A DNA stretch of 61,620 nt, counting the filler, from Platydemus manokwari (taxonomy: Eukaryota), in the NCBI GenBank assembly GCA_037951405.1. It is 5 parts of 5 records of this genome, joined end to end, with 100 filler letters (N's around TTAATTAATTAA, not from the genome) between each part and the next. Parts side by side here need not be neighbours in the genome. Positions count along the whole stretch, not along the records: positions 13,073 to 25,696 come from JBBMOY010042235.1; positions 25,797 to 38,671 come from JBBMOY011932493.1; 3 more parts are not named here. One strand, 5' to 3'. Within the stretch, counting starts at the first letter, position 1; each line of letters begins with the position of its first letter. The translations under genes were made by a program, and so were the position numbers. The notes below the pieces were generated by a model, which saw only the letters and a list, made by a program, of their open reading frames with translations, was not told the origin of the DNA and searched no databases. Positions 12,973 to 26,273 of this stretch are shown one piece after another.

Positions 12973-13072
12973 NNNNNNNNNNNNNNNNNNNNNNNNNNNN
13001 NNNNNNNNNNNNNNNNTTAATTAATTAANNNNNNNNNNNNNNNNNNNNNNNNNNNNNNNNNNNNNNNNNNNN
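12973..13072. other. Artificial contig-joining spacer N44-TTAATTAATTAA-N44
   Basis: Identical 100-nt structure occurs four times. TTAATTAATTAA places stops in all six frames. Confidence 0.97.
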
Positions 13073-13089
13073 TTCTTTAACATGCAAAT

Positions 13090-13680
13090 CTCTTAATATC
13101 TCCAAACAAGAAATATATGACTTATACCACTTTCATAATCAAGGGCACAATTATACATATTGATTTTAGAACAGAGTGATTTTACAATACTCAATAGATA
13201 AAATTAACTTCTATTGGTACATTTTATCATTCCTCAAGACAAAATTCACTCATGTACAGAGTAATATCTCGAATACTCGCACGTAAAAATAACAGTGGAA
13301 ATTATGGAAAATTATTAGCCTCTTATTTATATGGACCTTTCAACATTTACAAAATATGAAAATAGCGCTGAATTACACAAGCAAATTATTAAAATAATTT
13401 AACATTTCCATTACGATACCAATTCAAAAGGAAATGCCTTCAAATGATTTTAAATTAATTCCAGAAAGAATTGGCTGTGTTCAACAATTAAAATGGATGA
13501 TTTCTACCATAACAATGAAAATCCGGTACCAATAATTTTAACAACGTTTTAGTGGACAATATCAATCATCGAATTTTTTGCAAGGAATCGACAGCAAATC
13601 CTCTGAAATATTATTTTGTGCCGAAAATAGACCAATATTATAATCTTACATAATGCGATTTTGGCAATTTCGGTAATCGG
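13090..13680 (+). pseudogene. Heavily decayed LTR-retrotransposon integrase remnant
   Basis: Fragmentary motifs across frames (EIYDLYHFHNQG, FYW, GPF, ITIPIQ, NWLCS, SGQYQSSNF) appear in integrase order, with many stops and frameshifts. Confidence 0.3.
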
Positions 13681-16000
13681 ATTTTGTGCGAGGAACTTGT
13701 ATAGCTCTGTCTTGTACTCCCTGTCTACCAGAATAGTATATTTTCTTTATGTATATTTTACTTGTGCTCTGAATTTCTTCTTATTCTTCTTTGTTTTCTC
13801 TTTTTTTGTATTGTGGTTTGTCGTGGAGACAAAGTTTAATTAATGCGTTGAAAAAATTTGTTTATTTTTGTTTTATTGATTTTTATACTATTTTAAAAGT
13901 TGTTTAGTATTATTCATTTCTTATATTATTATTAAAGATATTTGGTATTGACTTTTACGGCATAGTATCCAATGAAACATTTTACCAGGGATTGATTCAT
14001 TTTGGTCAAGCTATTCAAACCTGATAAAGATGAAAAGATCTTCATATCAACATTAAAATCGGTTGACAATAGCATTATAATTCCAAATAAAAATTATAAT
14101 CAAAATATATAAATCTAATGCCATGAAAATACATCAATCCGATATATAATGTATCCAAGAAATACCAATGTAATTTCAACCAAATTTTTCATAAATATTA
14201 TTCGGTTAATTATTTACAACACAAAAATTCTAAAAATGAAATTTGATTTTTTCTATCGAAACTCATTTTCATAATCTTGATTGATGCTTTGAAACTCATG
14301 TCTTTTATGGAAATCATGTGATTATAAATAACTTTAGTTATTAATTAAAGGTAACATTAAAATTTTTTTTAAAAAAACTAGATTAAGTCACATTGCGGGT
14401 CTTAGACCTTATAATATGTACAATCCCACTTTATAGATTGTTCATGTAAATAATTAGTGCAGTGTTTTCCAACAAAAACAACTTTAATGGCCGTCTTTCT
14501 CAGAATTACAAGATAGTCTGAAGTTTTCAGTTGTCCTATAGAGAAGTGAATTCTGGACAAATCGAACCAGTCCTCAAGGGTTCAGTTATTTTGCTAGTAG
14601 TCAGACAATAATTACCAAATTAAACTGTAGTCGTAAATTCCCATCACTTTGAATAAATACCATGGAGTCACATAAAACACGAAATATTTTTCTAAACTTT
14701 ATCAATGTCGATACACATGCCAGAATGGTCAATGTCATCCAAATTTTAATTTAATTATACATTTTTATCGTTCATGAGAATCTGAAATGCTCTGAATAAG
14801 AAATTAATATGCACATGCATACACGTCAGATGTACATAATTAGATCGATAAATTACTTGTTATAATATATATAGAACAACTTTAATGAAAATCCATTATT
14901 ATCACAGGCAAAAAAAGTTTATTTCATTGTTAATCGTTAGACTTATATTTTGAAATCCAAACTTTTTGACTTTTAGAATGAAAATAAAATCAATTTCAGA
15001 AAATCATATCCATATGAAATGCTATCAGATTTGTACAATTGATCAATGTTCAAGACGAGTGAAATAGCCAGGTCATGAGAAAAACACCTGGCTATGAACA
15101 GAAACAAAAATAATTCTATTTTTTGATAGATCGAAATAATCCATAGATATTGGAAAATATTGAAGTCGAAATAACTGATCGAATTGAGATGAAAAATACA
15201 AAGTTATTAACTGGAAACATCTGTGAGAAGAATTTTATTTTGTTGAGATTTTCAAGGCGAGACAGCACAGTGAATCTTATTAATATTGTGGTCGAATCGA
15301 GATATTTACTACTTATAATTTGAACAAGAAAAGAAGTTAAGTTAGAAGAAAAAGAGATTAGTTAGTAGTGAATTAACTAGTTCAAGATTTAGTCAACGTT
15401 TTTTGATTTTTGATCATTTTATGTTCAAAGCAAATAAAATAAATCTCTGTAAAAAACAAAATGTTTTTTTCGTTTAAACAGATAAGGTCTCAGTGAGAAC
15501 TTCAATTATGGTTTGGAGTCAGATTAAGATAAGAGCTAATCGAGTTTGTGAGTAATTAAACTTGACATATTGATTATTCTGTAATAACCAAATTAAGTTC
15601 CACCATTCTATTAGAAATCTAAGAAAATCAAATCGATATAATAATAGAAAATTATTGTTTTATACAATAAAATTGATAGATGATTTTATAAAGTCTGCTG
15701 ATATCACTTTGTTTTATTGAATTCAACATGAGATATTAATTGGAATCGATCGATATTTTATTCGGAAATAACTGTTAAACATAGATCTAAGCATTTTTCT
15801 GGATTCTGGGAGATCTTTATGAAATCATTTTAATCACAACATTAATTTTAACACGCAATTACGCAATAATTATCGGGAAAACTTATTCCGGTTGATATTT
15901 CTAATAATATATAGATTAATTAAGTTTAATGAGTTAATTAATTAATTAATTAATCCCAATAAATGAGAGTACCCAAGCAAATGATATTCCTTAACCATAC

Positions 16001-18243
16001 CTAGAATGACAGTATCCCACAGCGTCAATGTTCTATCGAGAGACAGAGAATGTGCGAATCCCGTATAAATCCAGCTAGCGGTAAATCCAGTGATGGAGAA
16101 AATATTGATTGCTTGGCTGAGCTGAGGTTTGTGGAAAGCGAGCAATTTTTGTAAAACAAAACAATATTCATTGAGAGCTTGACCGTGACTGACACAGAAG
16201 AGACCACGCATGAATTTATTGACGAATGATTCCAGGCTGGCAAATGCAATGGGTTCTCGATTGAACAATAGACGAACAAAAACAGCGCACAGTGAATCCA
16301 TTCCTTGAGTGTATTCTAGATAAGGATGATGAAGAAGCCACGAATGGAGAATGCGAGACAGTTTTTCTTGACCAGAATTCGAAACAATAAACTCATCATA
16401 CGAATGGCATCGAGGCAAATCAACTGTGATTTGTGAAGCAGCTTTGTCTTCGAGAAATCTTCCTTGGACTTTGGCATATCGTTTTGTTGCACTGATATAA
16501 TCGACATCTAATAATAAAGGCCAGATTTCAGCTCTTAATAATGGCGGAATATCGTACGATGCTTCCTTTAGCAGAGCATTTCGCGTTAGTGGATAACCAT
16601 TTAGAAGTCTTTTAAAACGAATAACTCTTCTTAATTGATATTCGAAATCCTTTTCTTTAACCGAGACTGGCTGCGATCTGTGGATTTTAAATGCAAATTA
16701 AATAAAGTCACAAAAATGTTCTCAAAATCATTGTAACTCAATAACAAAGTAAAGTTAAATTAGAAACATTGATTTCAACCAATCAGATTACAGAATTTCG
16801 AATGACACACACACCGATTATCATCACGTATTGAAGATCGCAGAAAATCGATTTTATTAATGAGTAATTTAGCATTGTTAGTCTCTAATATATTAATATT
16901 GATTATCAATATAAAATTAATATTGCATATAAACAGTTATATTATTTGTTTATAATCTTTTAATGTTTTACTTTTGAAGTTTTTAATTACCTAATTTGGA
17001 TTTCATTTGGATCTGAGCTTTCGACCAAGTCAATTGTTGAGAAATCAAATGGTTTGAATTCACGAGGCATCTTCAATTTGGGTTCACAGAAAACTGATTT
17101 AGGAAGTTTTGATAATCGATTAATCAGCTTTTTTCCGGACAATGGATAAATCAAATCACAAAATACTTGTTTGACGGATTGTGCAATGCTGCTCGACCAA
17201 TGCTCATCACCATCTTTTCTTATCAATATAGGTAGCGTAAGAATTGGTGGAATCTTATTCTGATTGTCCCATTCTTCAGTTTGGAATTTCCACAAATCTC
17301 CACCAGTGAGAGTCCAAAAGAAATATCGTTCTTTTGGATCTCTAAAAATCGATATCTCTTGTTTATCTTTCTGATTATAAGAGAAAATAAATTGCTCAAA
17401 TCTCGAATTGTATGAATCATCTCCATCGAAATTGCGAATAATGATATTTGATGGATGAAGAGAAAGAATTTCCTCTTTAAGTCTCGAGATCGATATTCGA
17501 TCAATAGTATGTAGTTGTAAACATTTTCGAGCTAGAGAAAGAAGATCCAAATCGATTACTGATTCATCTAAATTAAAAGCCGATACAAAATCTTGATCTG
17601 ATTGATAGCAATTTAAAACGAAATTTGCAGAAGATTTTAAATTCGTAAATATTTCCGGCAAAACTCCACCTGAAAGCATTTGCAATATTAATACACCTAC
17701 TGACCACACATCGGATCTGGGACATGTTAAATGAGTCTTTTCTCGATTGAACAAATCCAAAATACTTTCTGGTGGTAAATAAGGTACATATCCAATCATA
17801 AAATCGATTTCTAATCCAGCATTGGTCATAAAATATAAACCGTAATTTGCTAGCTTTATCATATTCTCATCATTTGTCCAAAATATATTACACGGTGAAA
17901 TATTTCGAATGATTACTCCAGAATTATGAAGATATTCCATAACAGATGTAAGACGAAATAGCAATTCAATGCATTTTTCTTTTCCTAATTCATTAATATC
18001 TGGAGGATTGGTGTGTAAATTTGAATTAAAATATTCAGTAGCAATAACTATTCTTTCGTGTTTATCCCGTTTTGCATCAAGATATTGACATAGATTTGGA
18101 TGGTTAAGAGCCTTTAGTTCTTCAAATCTTCCAATAATATTTACAGAATATGGAAGACGTGGAAGTCCATTGCTCTCGCATTCATCAACTTTATGTAATG
18201 ATGCATAAAAGCTTGTTATACCCAAATTTAAATCGTTTTCCAT
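16001..18243 (-). CDS. TBCK: TBC domain-containing protein kinase-like (pseudokinase + TBC Rab-GAP); exons 18243-16991 and 16677-16001, 3' exon(s) unresolved
   Basis: N-terminus ..ECESNGLPRLPYSVNIIGRF..HPNLCQYLD..KHERIV matches TBCK. Kinase motifs are degenerate (IRN for HRD, NYG for DFG). Exon 2 encodes EKDFEYQLRR..DIPPLLRAEIW..ITVDLPRCH (Arg finger) and YTQG (Gln finger). GT-AG junctions are phase-compatible. Confidence 0.93.
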
Positions 18244-18951
18244 ATTAGTAATAAATATTTAATTAATTTTAAATAAAAATTTGGCTAAAATTAATAAATA
18301 TAAATTAATAAAATAATTTAAATTTCAATTGTTAATATTTGAAAATAATATAAAGAAACAAATCAAATTCAATAGATGATAACATAAAAAATTTTATTGA
18401 AAGAATAAAACGTTTGTTTAACTTTCTTATTAATAATTGATTAATAGATAAAGGGAAATTAAGGTAATGTGTTTTAGTGGCTTAAGTTAAGAAAATGAAT
18501 CATTTGATAGAATTTCATTATTATGAATTTTTACGTACGATTTGATTCTATAATTTCATATTTTTCTAAAATTTTAAGCTAAGATTTCATTATCTAAAAC
18601 ATTTTTATTTTTAGACGTAAAATAATAAATACAGCAAGGAAATTGTATTTCATTTATGCTTTAATATTCTTAGTATAAATACCTGTGTACTTTTGATTGT
18701 CCAAATACCATGATTATTTTAAGGCGCTATGTAGTAAACAGTGGTTTACAAAGCTGTGAGACTCACAATGAAAGACCCGTACAAACAAAATTAAATGTTA
18801 ACTAATTCATTGAACGTTATTTGATCTTTTATTTATTATTATTGCATCTAGAAATGTCACATTTGACTGCTAGACATGAAATAAGATGCAATCGTGGTAT
18901 CGAAAAATTTTATATCTGAATAAAATATTTAAAAATTTTAATTTTATTCTA

Positions 18952-19768
18952 TAAAAGTAATATATAATAGTAAAATATCAAAATGCTCATTTAATGGATT
19001 AGTATATTTGGATTCGTTTGAAATATTCACAATTAGAATTTTGATTGTCTTTACTGGGCTTTCCATTTTTCAATTTTCCACTCGACCTTCTTTTTATTTT
19101 TCTTTAACTTTTATAACTGAATCAACTTTTTTGCTTTTCTAATAATAATTTTTGTGAAATTTTAAATCTTTGGTTTATTTAATTGTATTATTATTATCTT
19201 TCAAATTCAAATTTTCTTTATATCTTTCAAATTACATCTTCAATTTGTTAAAATAAATAATAAGTTTTCTCCATTCGGAATGATCTCTAAATGTTTGTTG
19301 TTTGATCATTAGAATTATGACATTAACGATTGTTCGCGTTATATACAATCTGAGTACCTTGTAACTTGTGATTTACTCCTTACTTTAAATCATTTGGCAC
19401 TTTGTACAATTATTCATTGTTTTTGTTCTAATTCATTGTGTTTATTTTATTGATGCTAAAAAATTTTAGTTCTAAAAGCTTAATATAAATAAAAAATCTT
19501 TGATTTTTTATGCTTACCGAAAAAATAATAATTGTTTTCAAAATCATTATCAATAAAAAATAATCGTACATCACGTTGAAAAAGTTATTAGAATCAAGTC
19601 AGGTATTAAAAGTAATATATAATAGTAAAATATCAAAATACTTTTTTAATGGATTGGATTCGTTTGAGATATCCACAATTAAAATTTTGATTATCTCTTC
19701 TGCGGAATTCTAGGCTTTTCATTTTTTCAAATTTTACACTCGACCTTCTTTTTACTTTTCTTTAACTT
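18952..19768. repeat. Local direct duplication of ~160 bp (18952-19110 and 19607-19768)
   Basis: Both copies share TAAAAGTAATATATAATAGTAAAATATCAAAAT...TGGATTCGTTTGA...CACTCGACCTTCTTTTTA..TTTCTTTAACTT. Confidence 0.8.
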
Positions 19769-22700
19769 CTCCCAACATTTTTTTTAATTAGCCTCTTTGT
19801 TTCCAAGATTAATGTGCCTTTCTTTCTAGACTGTTTGATGTTTTTATTAAGCCATACCTTTTGGTTGATATATCAAATCTTGGCTATTTTATTTCACCAT
19901 TATTTTTCAATTGTCCATATCTCTTAAATGACATCGGTTTTTGTACATCTTCTGGAATTTCAATGTCGCAATACAACAATAAGTCGACAAATTCCATTAT
20001 CTCATCATTATTTTTAGAATTTTCGTATTTTGGCTCCCCACTCTCTTCCTTTCTTGTTTTCAATAACAACCGTCTGTTCAAAAGATCTTGGTGTTCTTCA
20101 CTATGAGGTGTAGACTAAATTGAACAACCGATTGGCAGTGATAAAGCTGAGATAATGCTTAACTAATATTATTATGAAATATATGTTGGGATCTCCCACC
20201 GACATTTTTATATAGCTCCCATTTCATGACCTTGTAAATATTATTCAACACAATGTAAACATTGTAATAATATCACACCAACCCATTACAAAGCTATTAC
20301 AATAACTTAACAATGCAATTCCCTGAGTATAGCAATGAATCAAGAGTGATCAAGAATTTGAAATTATTGACAATAATTGATTAACAATGCTATTGTGAAT
20401 ATTCTTTATGTGGTGAATATTATTTATCAACAATTTTATTTTTTTATTTTTATTATGACGAGGAAGAGGTCGATTTTGTTAATTCGCCAAAGAAAATATA
20501 TAGTAATAAATTATTAAAAAAATAAATAATAATTAATAATTAAAGAAATAAACAATAGTATATGAGAAAGGTCATAGAAAAGACATAAATTAAGTTAAAA
20601 AACATTAAAAATACATAAAATGTATATCGATAAAATGCACGAAATTAACAATAAGTAGCAAAACATTAGGATAATCCGTAAATTAACCTATGGATTATTA
20701 AGAACAAAAGGATATTTTATGAAAGTAATATGCGAATAAAAATTGGATCTTGTGCAGCGTTTGAGCCAAACACACTTCCACTATTATAACATACCTGTGA
20801 CAACAGTTTTAAGGTATTCATACCAATTTGTTGATTACCATTTTGAGATATTTTTTTAAGAGCAAGTGGAAAACTCATCGGAAAACCAAGTGTAATTTAA
20901 AATGTTCATCTTAAATTTTGAACATCTCAATCAACTGAGCTGAGTAGGGTAATATGATCACCAAATTAGAAATTAATAATTGACTATTTTAAACTTTGCC
21001 GTAATTAACATTTCCATTACATTGACCTCAACTCCGTCCGATTCGGACTCTCAGTCACTCACTTACGCGACGCGATGAATATTAGCACAATTTTTTTTAT
21101 TATATTTTCAGCCTGTGTTGATATTTTTCCTTCGTAAATAAAAATTTAATAGAAACCATCTTGCGAGTTTTGACAATATCATATATACATACGATAACAA
21201 ACAGTTACGAAAATTATCTATTTAACAACACTTGAAATTTTAGATTTGTTTTCAGAACAAAAATCAGTCATTTCTTTTTTAAAATTAAATCATTATATTC
21301 GTTAACCAATGGAAACAATTAGCTTTATAAACCTTTAGACTATTTCAGTTCATAATATTTTTTGCCGATAGCGTGGTCTTCAATACCCGTTATCGCAACC
21401 CCTCAGAAGCAGTTTTAAATTCAAATTTCATGCACTTCACCAAATATAAATCATGATCAAATATAAACCATAGTCTTATTATATAACGTTAATTATCGCA
21501 TTATAGTTAACATTAAATATCTGCCTTATGAGCAGACCAAGGGTGCATTATTTAATAATTTATTGAATGCTCGAGTTTGCTAACTTATTGATTTTCCAAT
21601 ATGAAAGAACTGTGCTAACATTGATTCACAACTCTTGTAATAAGGCGAATACGGGTTTTTGATCGTGCTTTGTTCAGTATTTATCTGTTGCTTATATTCA
21701 CATAAATATTATCGTGTTGTCATATTGGTGAATCTTTACATTTATAGAGGTTTCATTGAAGCGGTTTACAGAAAGATTTTAAAGTTTCGATGATAGAACT
21801 TCATATTCTTCAACCTGTTAACTCATCATTGTTCGTCTATCTTGATACTAAGTTAGAAGTCCATACACGATAAACCAATGTTCATATTAAACAATTTATT
21901 TATAATATATATAATTTATTGATAAATGTATAACATAGTCCCGTTCAATCCAATAAATAATCCAATCATACATAAATACTCAAATTAAATTTAAAAATCT
22001 AATGAGTCATAATCAATAGTTATATTTGACAAATTCGGTGTTCAAAAATAGTTGTCTTAAATAGATATGTATTATCATAGAACTTGAAATAATATAACTT
22101 CGGAAATTAGATGTTTACATAATAAGATGAAATAATTAAAAGTGTATATTTTATTGAATATCAACTGTATTACTGATAAGACATCAGAGAAAAATCTACC
22201 TATTAAGACAAACTTACTTTATAAATAAGAAATTTAAAAATTAGGGGTGAAATAATTAACATAGGAAAATTTTAACAAGTCTTTTTTTAAGTAAAAAATT
22301 GTAGTATGATAGAACAAGCATCAGATAAATAATTTAACGGAGTCATTTTCGACAAGCAAATCAATATAAAACCAATTGATAATTTTAAATTCAAATTCTA
22401 AAATATGACTTCAGCAAGTATTTGCATAATTTACTTTTTGATTAATTAAAAGAATCATGGGAAACTAATTTAATAATGATTATAAATTTAAGAATATAAC
22501 TTATATTTTTAAATAAGTTACCAAGAAATTTATTTAATGACAATTTATAATAATTTAAAAAACAAATTTAATGTTAAATAATTGTTGATGATTTAGCCTG
22601 AAAAATTCACTTGTTTTAATAACTAACTTTTGAAAAAATTGCAACATTTAAAATTAAAAACCAAAGTTTTCGATTATATAATTAATAATTTCTACAATGC

Positions 22701-22857
22701 ATAATACAGAATGATCTAATACTCCAAACATATATGGATATTATAGAAATATATAGAAAAAAATTTATAATAAAGCAAATATATCGTTTATTATCACATT
22801 ATCAAAAAATATTCAGCGGGGGAACAAAAGTGATCTCCAAAAAAATGCTTGAAAGTG

Positions 22858-23813
22858 TTAAATAATTTGTTGCTGTTTGATAAATTGCTCAATCATGGTA
22901 CTCGTCTTTGTACCTAAAACAGCTGCTAATCGTGAATAATTGTATCCGTAATCAATGAGGCCATGATAAAGAAGCTGATAATCTTTTTCTGTCCAACCAT
23001 CGCTTATCTAAATCACAAAAAATAATATGGTATTTAATTACGAATTGATCGCACCGCGTATGATACTGATACAATGACACAGTCATCGTCTGAATCTTCT
23101 TTTGCTTCTTCCTTGATATCCACACTATCTTTAACAAGGGATTTCACAATTCTTTGAAATTCATCTTCGGATGGTAGATAATTTAATTTTTTAATTTGTC
23201 TTTTATATTTGGCAACTTTTCTCTTGATTTTTAATTTATTACGCATATAAAAATCTAAAATATCACCCATACTGCAATCTGGAAACTAAAATCGAACTTT
23301 AGTTGGTTAAATTTAACATTTAACAATTACTTCTGATTTTATTTTATTAAAGCATCGTCGACGATTTCGACCAGATCGTCGATTGCCGATAATAATCTTA
23401 CAAAATTGATTCGAAATGTCAATCGAGTTTTGATTAAGTAATTTGTTAGATGTGCTAGCTGAAATCAATGAATTCAGTGAGTGATCAATGTCAAAATTAT
23501 TTTTCATAAGAATATGCAATGATTCTTCTTCACTACAACTATTTATTTTATTAGAAGAGCTAATTCGAAAACTGAATTTACCCTTTCTTTTTGGCAGCCA
23601 TTATAAATGTGTTAATTTTGTCTTCATCGATTTCATCTGATGGAACCCACATGCATGTTTCTGAATAATTTTGAGAAAAATTTGTATCAATAGAAAGATC
23701 TTTGTCTCTGCATTGTGGTAATTTAGCACAAATATTACCTATTTAGATTTAAAAATTATTAAGAACAATGTTAATTCTGTACCATTAAATTTCAAAAGTG
23801 TGTCATTCAACAT
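22858..23813 (-). CDS. Compact CoREST/RCOR-like ELM2-SANT-SANT protein (~258 aa); exons 23813-23783, 23738-23582, 23538-23331, 23285-23055, 23007-22858
   Basis: Four GT-AG introns of 44, 43, 45 and 47 nt give a 777-nt open frame. ELM2: G-NICAKLP..CMWVPSDEIDEDKINTFIMAAKKKG-CSEEESLHILMKNNFDIDHSL. Degenerate SANT1: FNKIKSEFPDCSMGDILDFY. SANT2: DGWTEKDYQLLYHGLIDYGYNYSRLAAVLGTKTSTMIEQF. Confidence 0.8.
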
Positions 23814-25696
23814 AACGGTTATGCAAAGATCGTAATATTTAAACAACTTATCTTAAAATATTTAGTAGTGTGCGCAACAACACATTTTATTTGAAAACAA
23901 AAGTAAATGAATTTTAAATTGATATTCAAAATCCTAATTAGTTAGATTTGTCTTCGTCTGCTGTTTTGAAGCAATTTTCCGTAAATTCTATAATTTACCA
24001 ATATAATATCTAATACTAAAAAGCATATTTTAAAAATAAGATTTGATCTCTAATAATCATAAATGATTGCATAAATATTATGTAATTGTTGATTACCGAA
24101 ATTAACTTGATTTTTAAATGAATGAATGAAATATTTGAAAAAATAATTATTCTTATACTTACTTTTATAAACTCAAATATTCAAGAAACTCATTAGAGTA
24201 TCAAAATGTTGTATCCAACACAACTTTTTCAATGAAGAACCAAATTACATGTTATTTCAAGGCACGCTACTAAACTTATTTGTGTATGTTTTAAAACGTG
24301 TTCTTATAACTTAATCGTGATATGGTAAACACAAATAACACGTGCCCGACGTCAGATATGATGGTAATAAAATTTAGTTTAAACGTGAGTTGAGCAACTA
24401 AAATTGAATCTTCAAATTGTATTATTTAAATCAATAAACCCGGATAAGTTATTTATTTTTATTAATATAAATTTTTGATTGTTCACTTTTCTCAATCGAT
24501 ATTTCGCGTTTTAATTCTAACTCCATTTATATTTGAAACTCAAAGCGTTTAACCATAATAATATAATTTACCTGATAACTACTGTTGACATTATTAAATT
24601 CTCGATGTAAATAGTGATGTGAGATTTGGGCATAACACATCATTTTTTCAGAGTTGATCAATTATCAAAATTGACTAAAATATCTTGACCAATATACTAT
24701 TTAATTTGGAAAATTGTATGCCCAGTAATTGTCTTAAAACCATGTTTGTGATTTTATTAATATTTGCTAAAATGAAGGACTTATTTTCAACAATACACTG
24801 TTCTGTTTCAATTTATTAAATTTATTGTGTTGAGGTTTATAGAAAATGAATTAGACCCGATAACTGTAAAAGTTGCTTAAATTAATCTATCCTTGCTTAA
24901 ATGTAAAAATCCCAATTTTCACGATGACGTAATTCTTGTACTAGTTTATTTTTATTTAATTTTATTTTTATAGCAAACATGTTTTCACATATGAAAAGGT
25001 TAATTTTATTTTGTCAAATAGTTGACATAATTTAATAATAATAATGATATTAATAATAACCAGTAATTAATAAAAAATCCGCATCAAATAAAAAATTTAC
25101 AATCATAATTCAAATAATCTGTATCTGTTAAACCCAGTGATTGATAAAATCTCTTTTATTATTTGGCTTGGCATAAAAATACCCCATTGTTGAAAATTTC
25201 AATGGATATAGTTAAATAATGACCCTTTGTTAAAAATAATAATAAATTTAATTTAATGGAAACCCCTATTGTACACCAAAGCCTAGAATAAACATAATAA
25301 ACTTACCAAAATAGAATAATATGCCCATATTCATATGAAAAATATCTGTGAATAAATAGTAATATGACTAGGCTAACAAAGTTAATTTTCGAACCCTGTA
25401 TTCCAATCAACAATCCAATTTACCACATTAGAAACTACCAAAATCATTTGTTCTAGGTCCTTAAGCCAAGCCAGCCAAATTTTTCAAAATCTTCGACAAT
25501 TATATGCCCAGTAGTTTTACTTGAATATATCGATTATTTTTGATATTGTTCGTGAAGATTTCAATTTCAAAGCCATATGAAGAGGAGTAGACTCTGATAG
25601 TTGCAAAGACATCGACTATTTGTTGGGGTTCTGGCCCAACTAGTTGATTAAAACAATTAATTTACATTGAAAAATGTGTGCATGACAATACGTATC

Positions 25697-25796
25697 NNNN
25701 NNNNNNNNNNNNNNNNNNNNNNNNNNNNNNNNNNNNNNNNTTAATTAATTAANNNNNNNNNNNNNNNNNNNNNNNNNNNNNNNNNNNNNNNNNNNN
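25697..25796. other. Artificial contig-joining spacer
   Basis: N44-TTAATTAATTAA-N44. Confidence 0.97.
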
Positions 25797-26079
25797 ATAA
25801 AAAATATAATCAAAACTAATCAAAAATTATTGAATGAGATCTTGGTTAAAATATTTAGCTCAATAAATCCCTTTAAAATGGTAATTGCGATCAATATGCA
25901 CTCATGCGTAACTGAGACAATTGTTCCAAATAATGATAAATGCCATTATTATAAATAAAAAATATAATCAAAACTAATCAAAAATTATTGAATGAGATCT
26001 TGGTTAAAATATTTAGCTCAATAAATCCCTTAAAAGTGGCAATTGCGATCAAAATGCACTCATGCGTAACCGAGACGAT
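25797..26079. repeat. Tandem duplication, ~158-bp period, at the contig edge inside a G-alpha-o intron
   Basis: ATAAAAAATATAATCAAAACTAATC...GCACTCATGCGTAAC starts at both 25797 and 25955, with near-identical copies. Confidence 0.85.
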
Positions 26080-26273
26080 ATTAATCATTTTAAATAACAA
26101 TATGACGTCATTAATTGGATATATTTAAAGAATGTATTGAAATATTAATCCCTGATATAAATAATCAATCAAATAAAGCCTCATCATGTACAGCCACCCA
26201 ATCAAGCGTCAGAAGCTCTCCCATGTGTCACCACATCGATATTGAACATACAAAATATTGAACCAAAACTCAC

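Noticed and set aside
15064-15095. 10-bp perfect hairpin ATAGCCAGGT-N12-ACCTGGCTAT
   Set aside because: Single short stem inside the TBCK 3' region, with no other support for a functional RNA.
16815-16885. Possible extra TBCK micro-exon
   Set aside because: Splice phase is not compatible with the phase-2 donor at 16991, and exons 1 and 2 join in frame without it.
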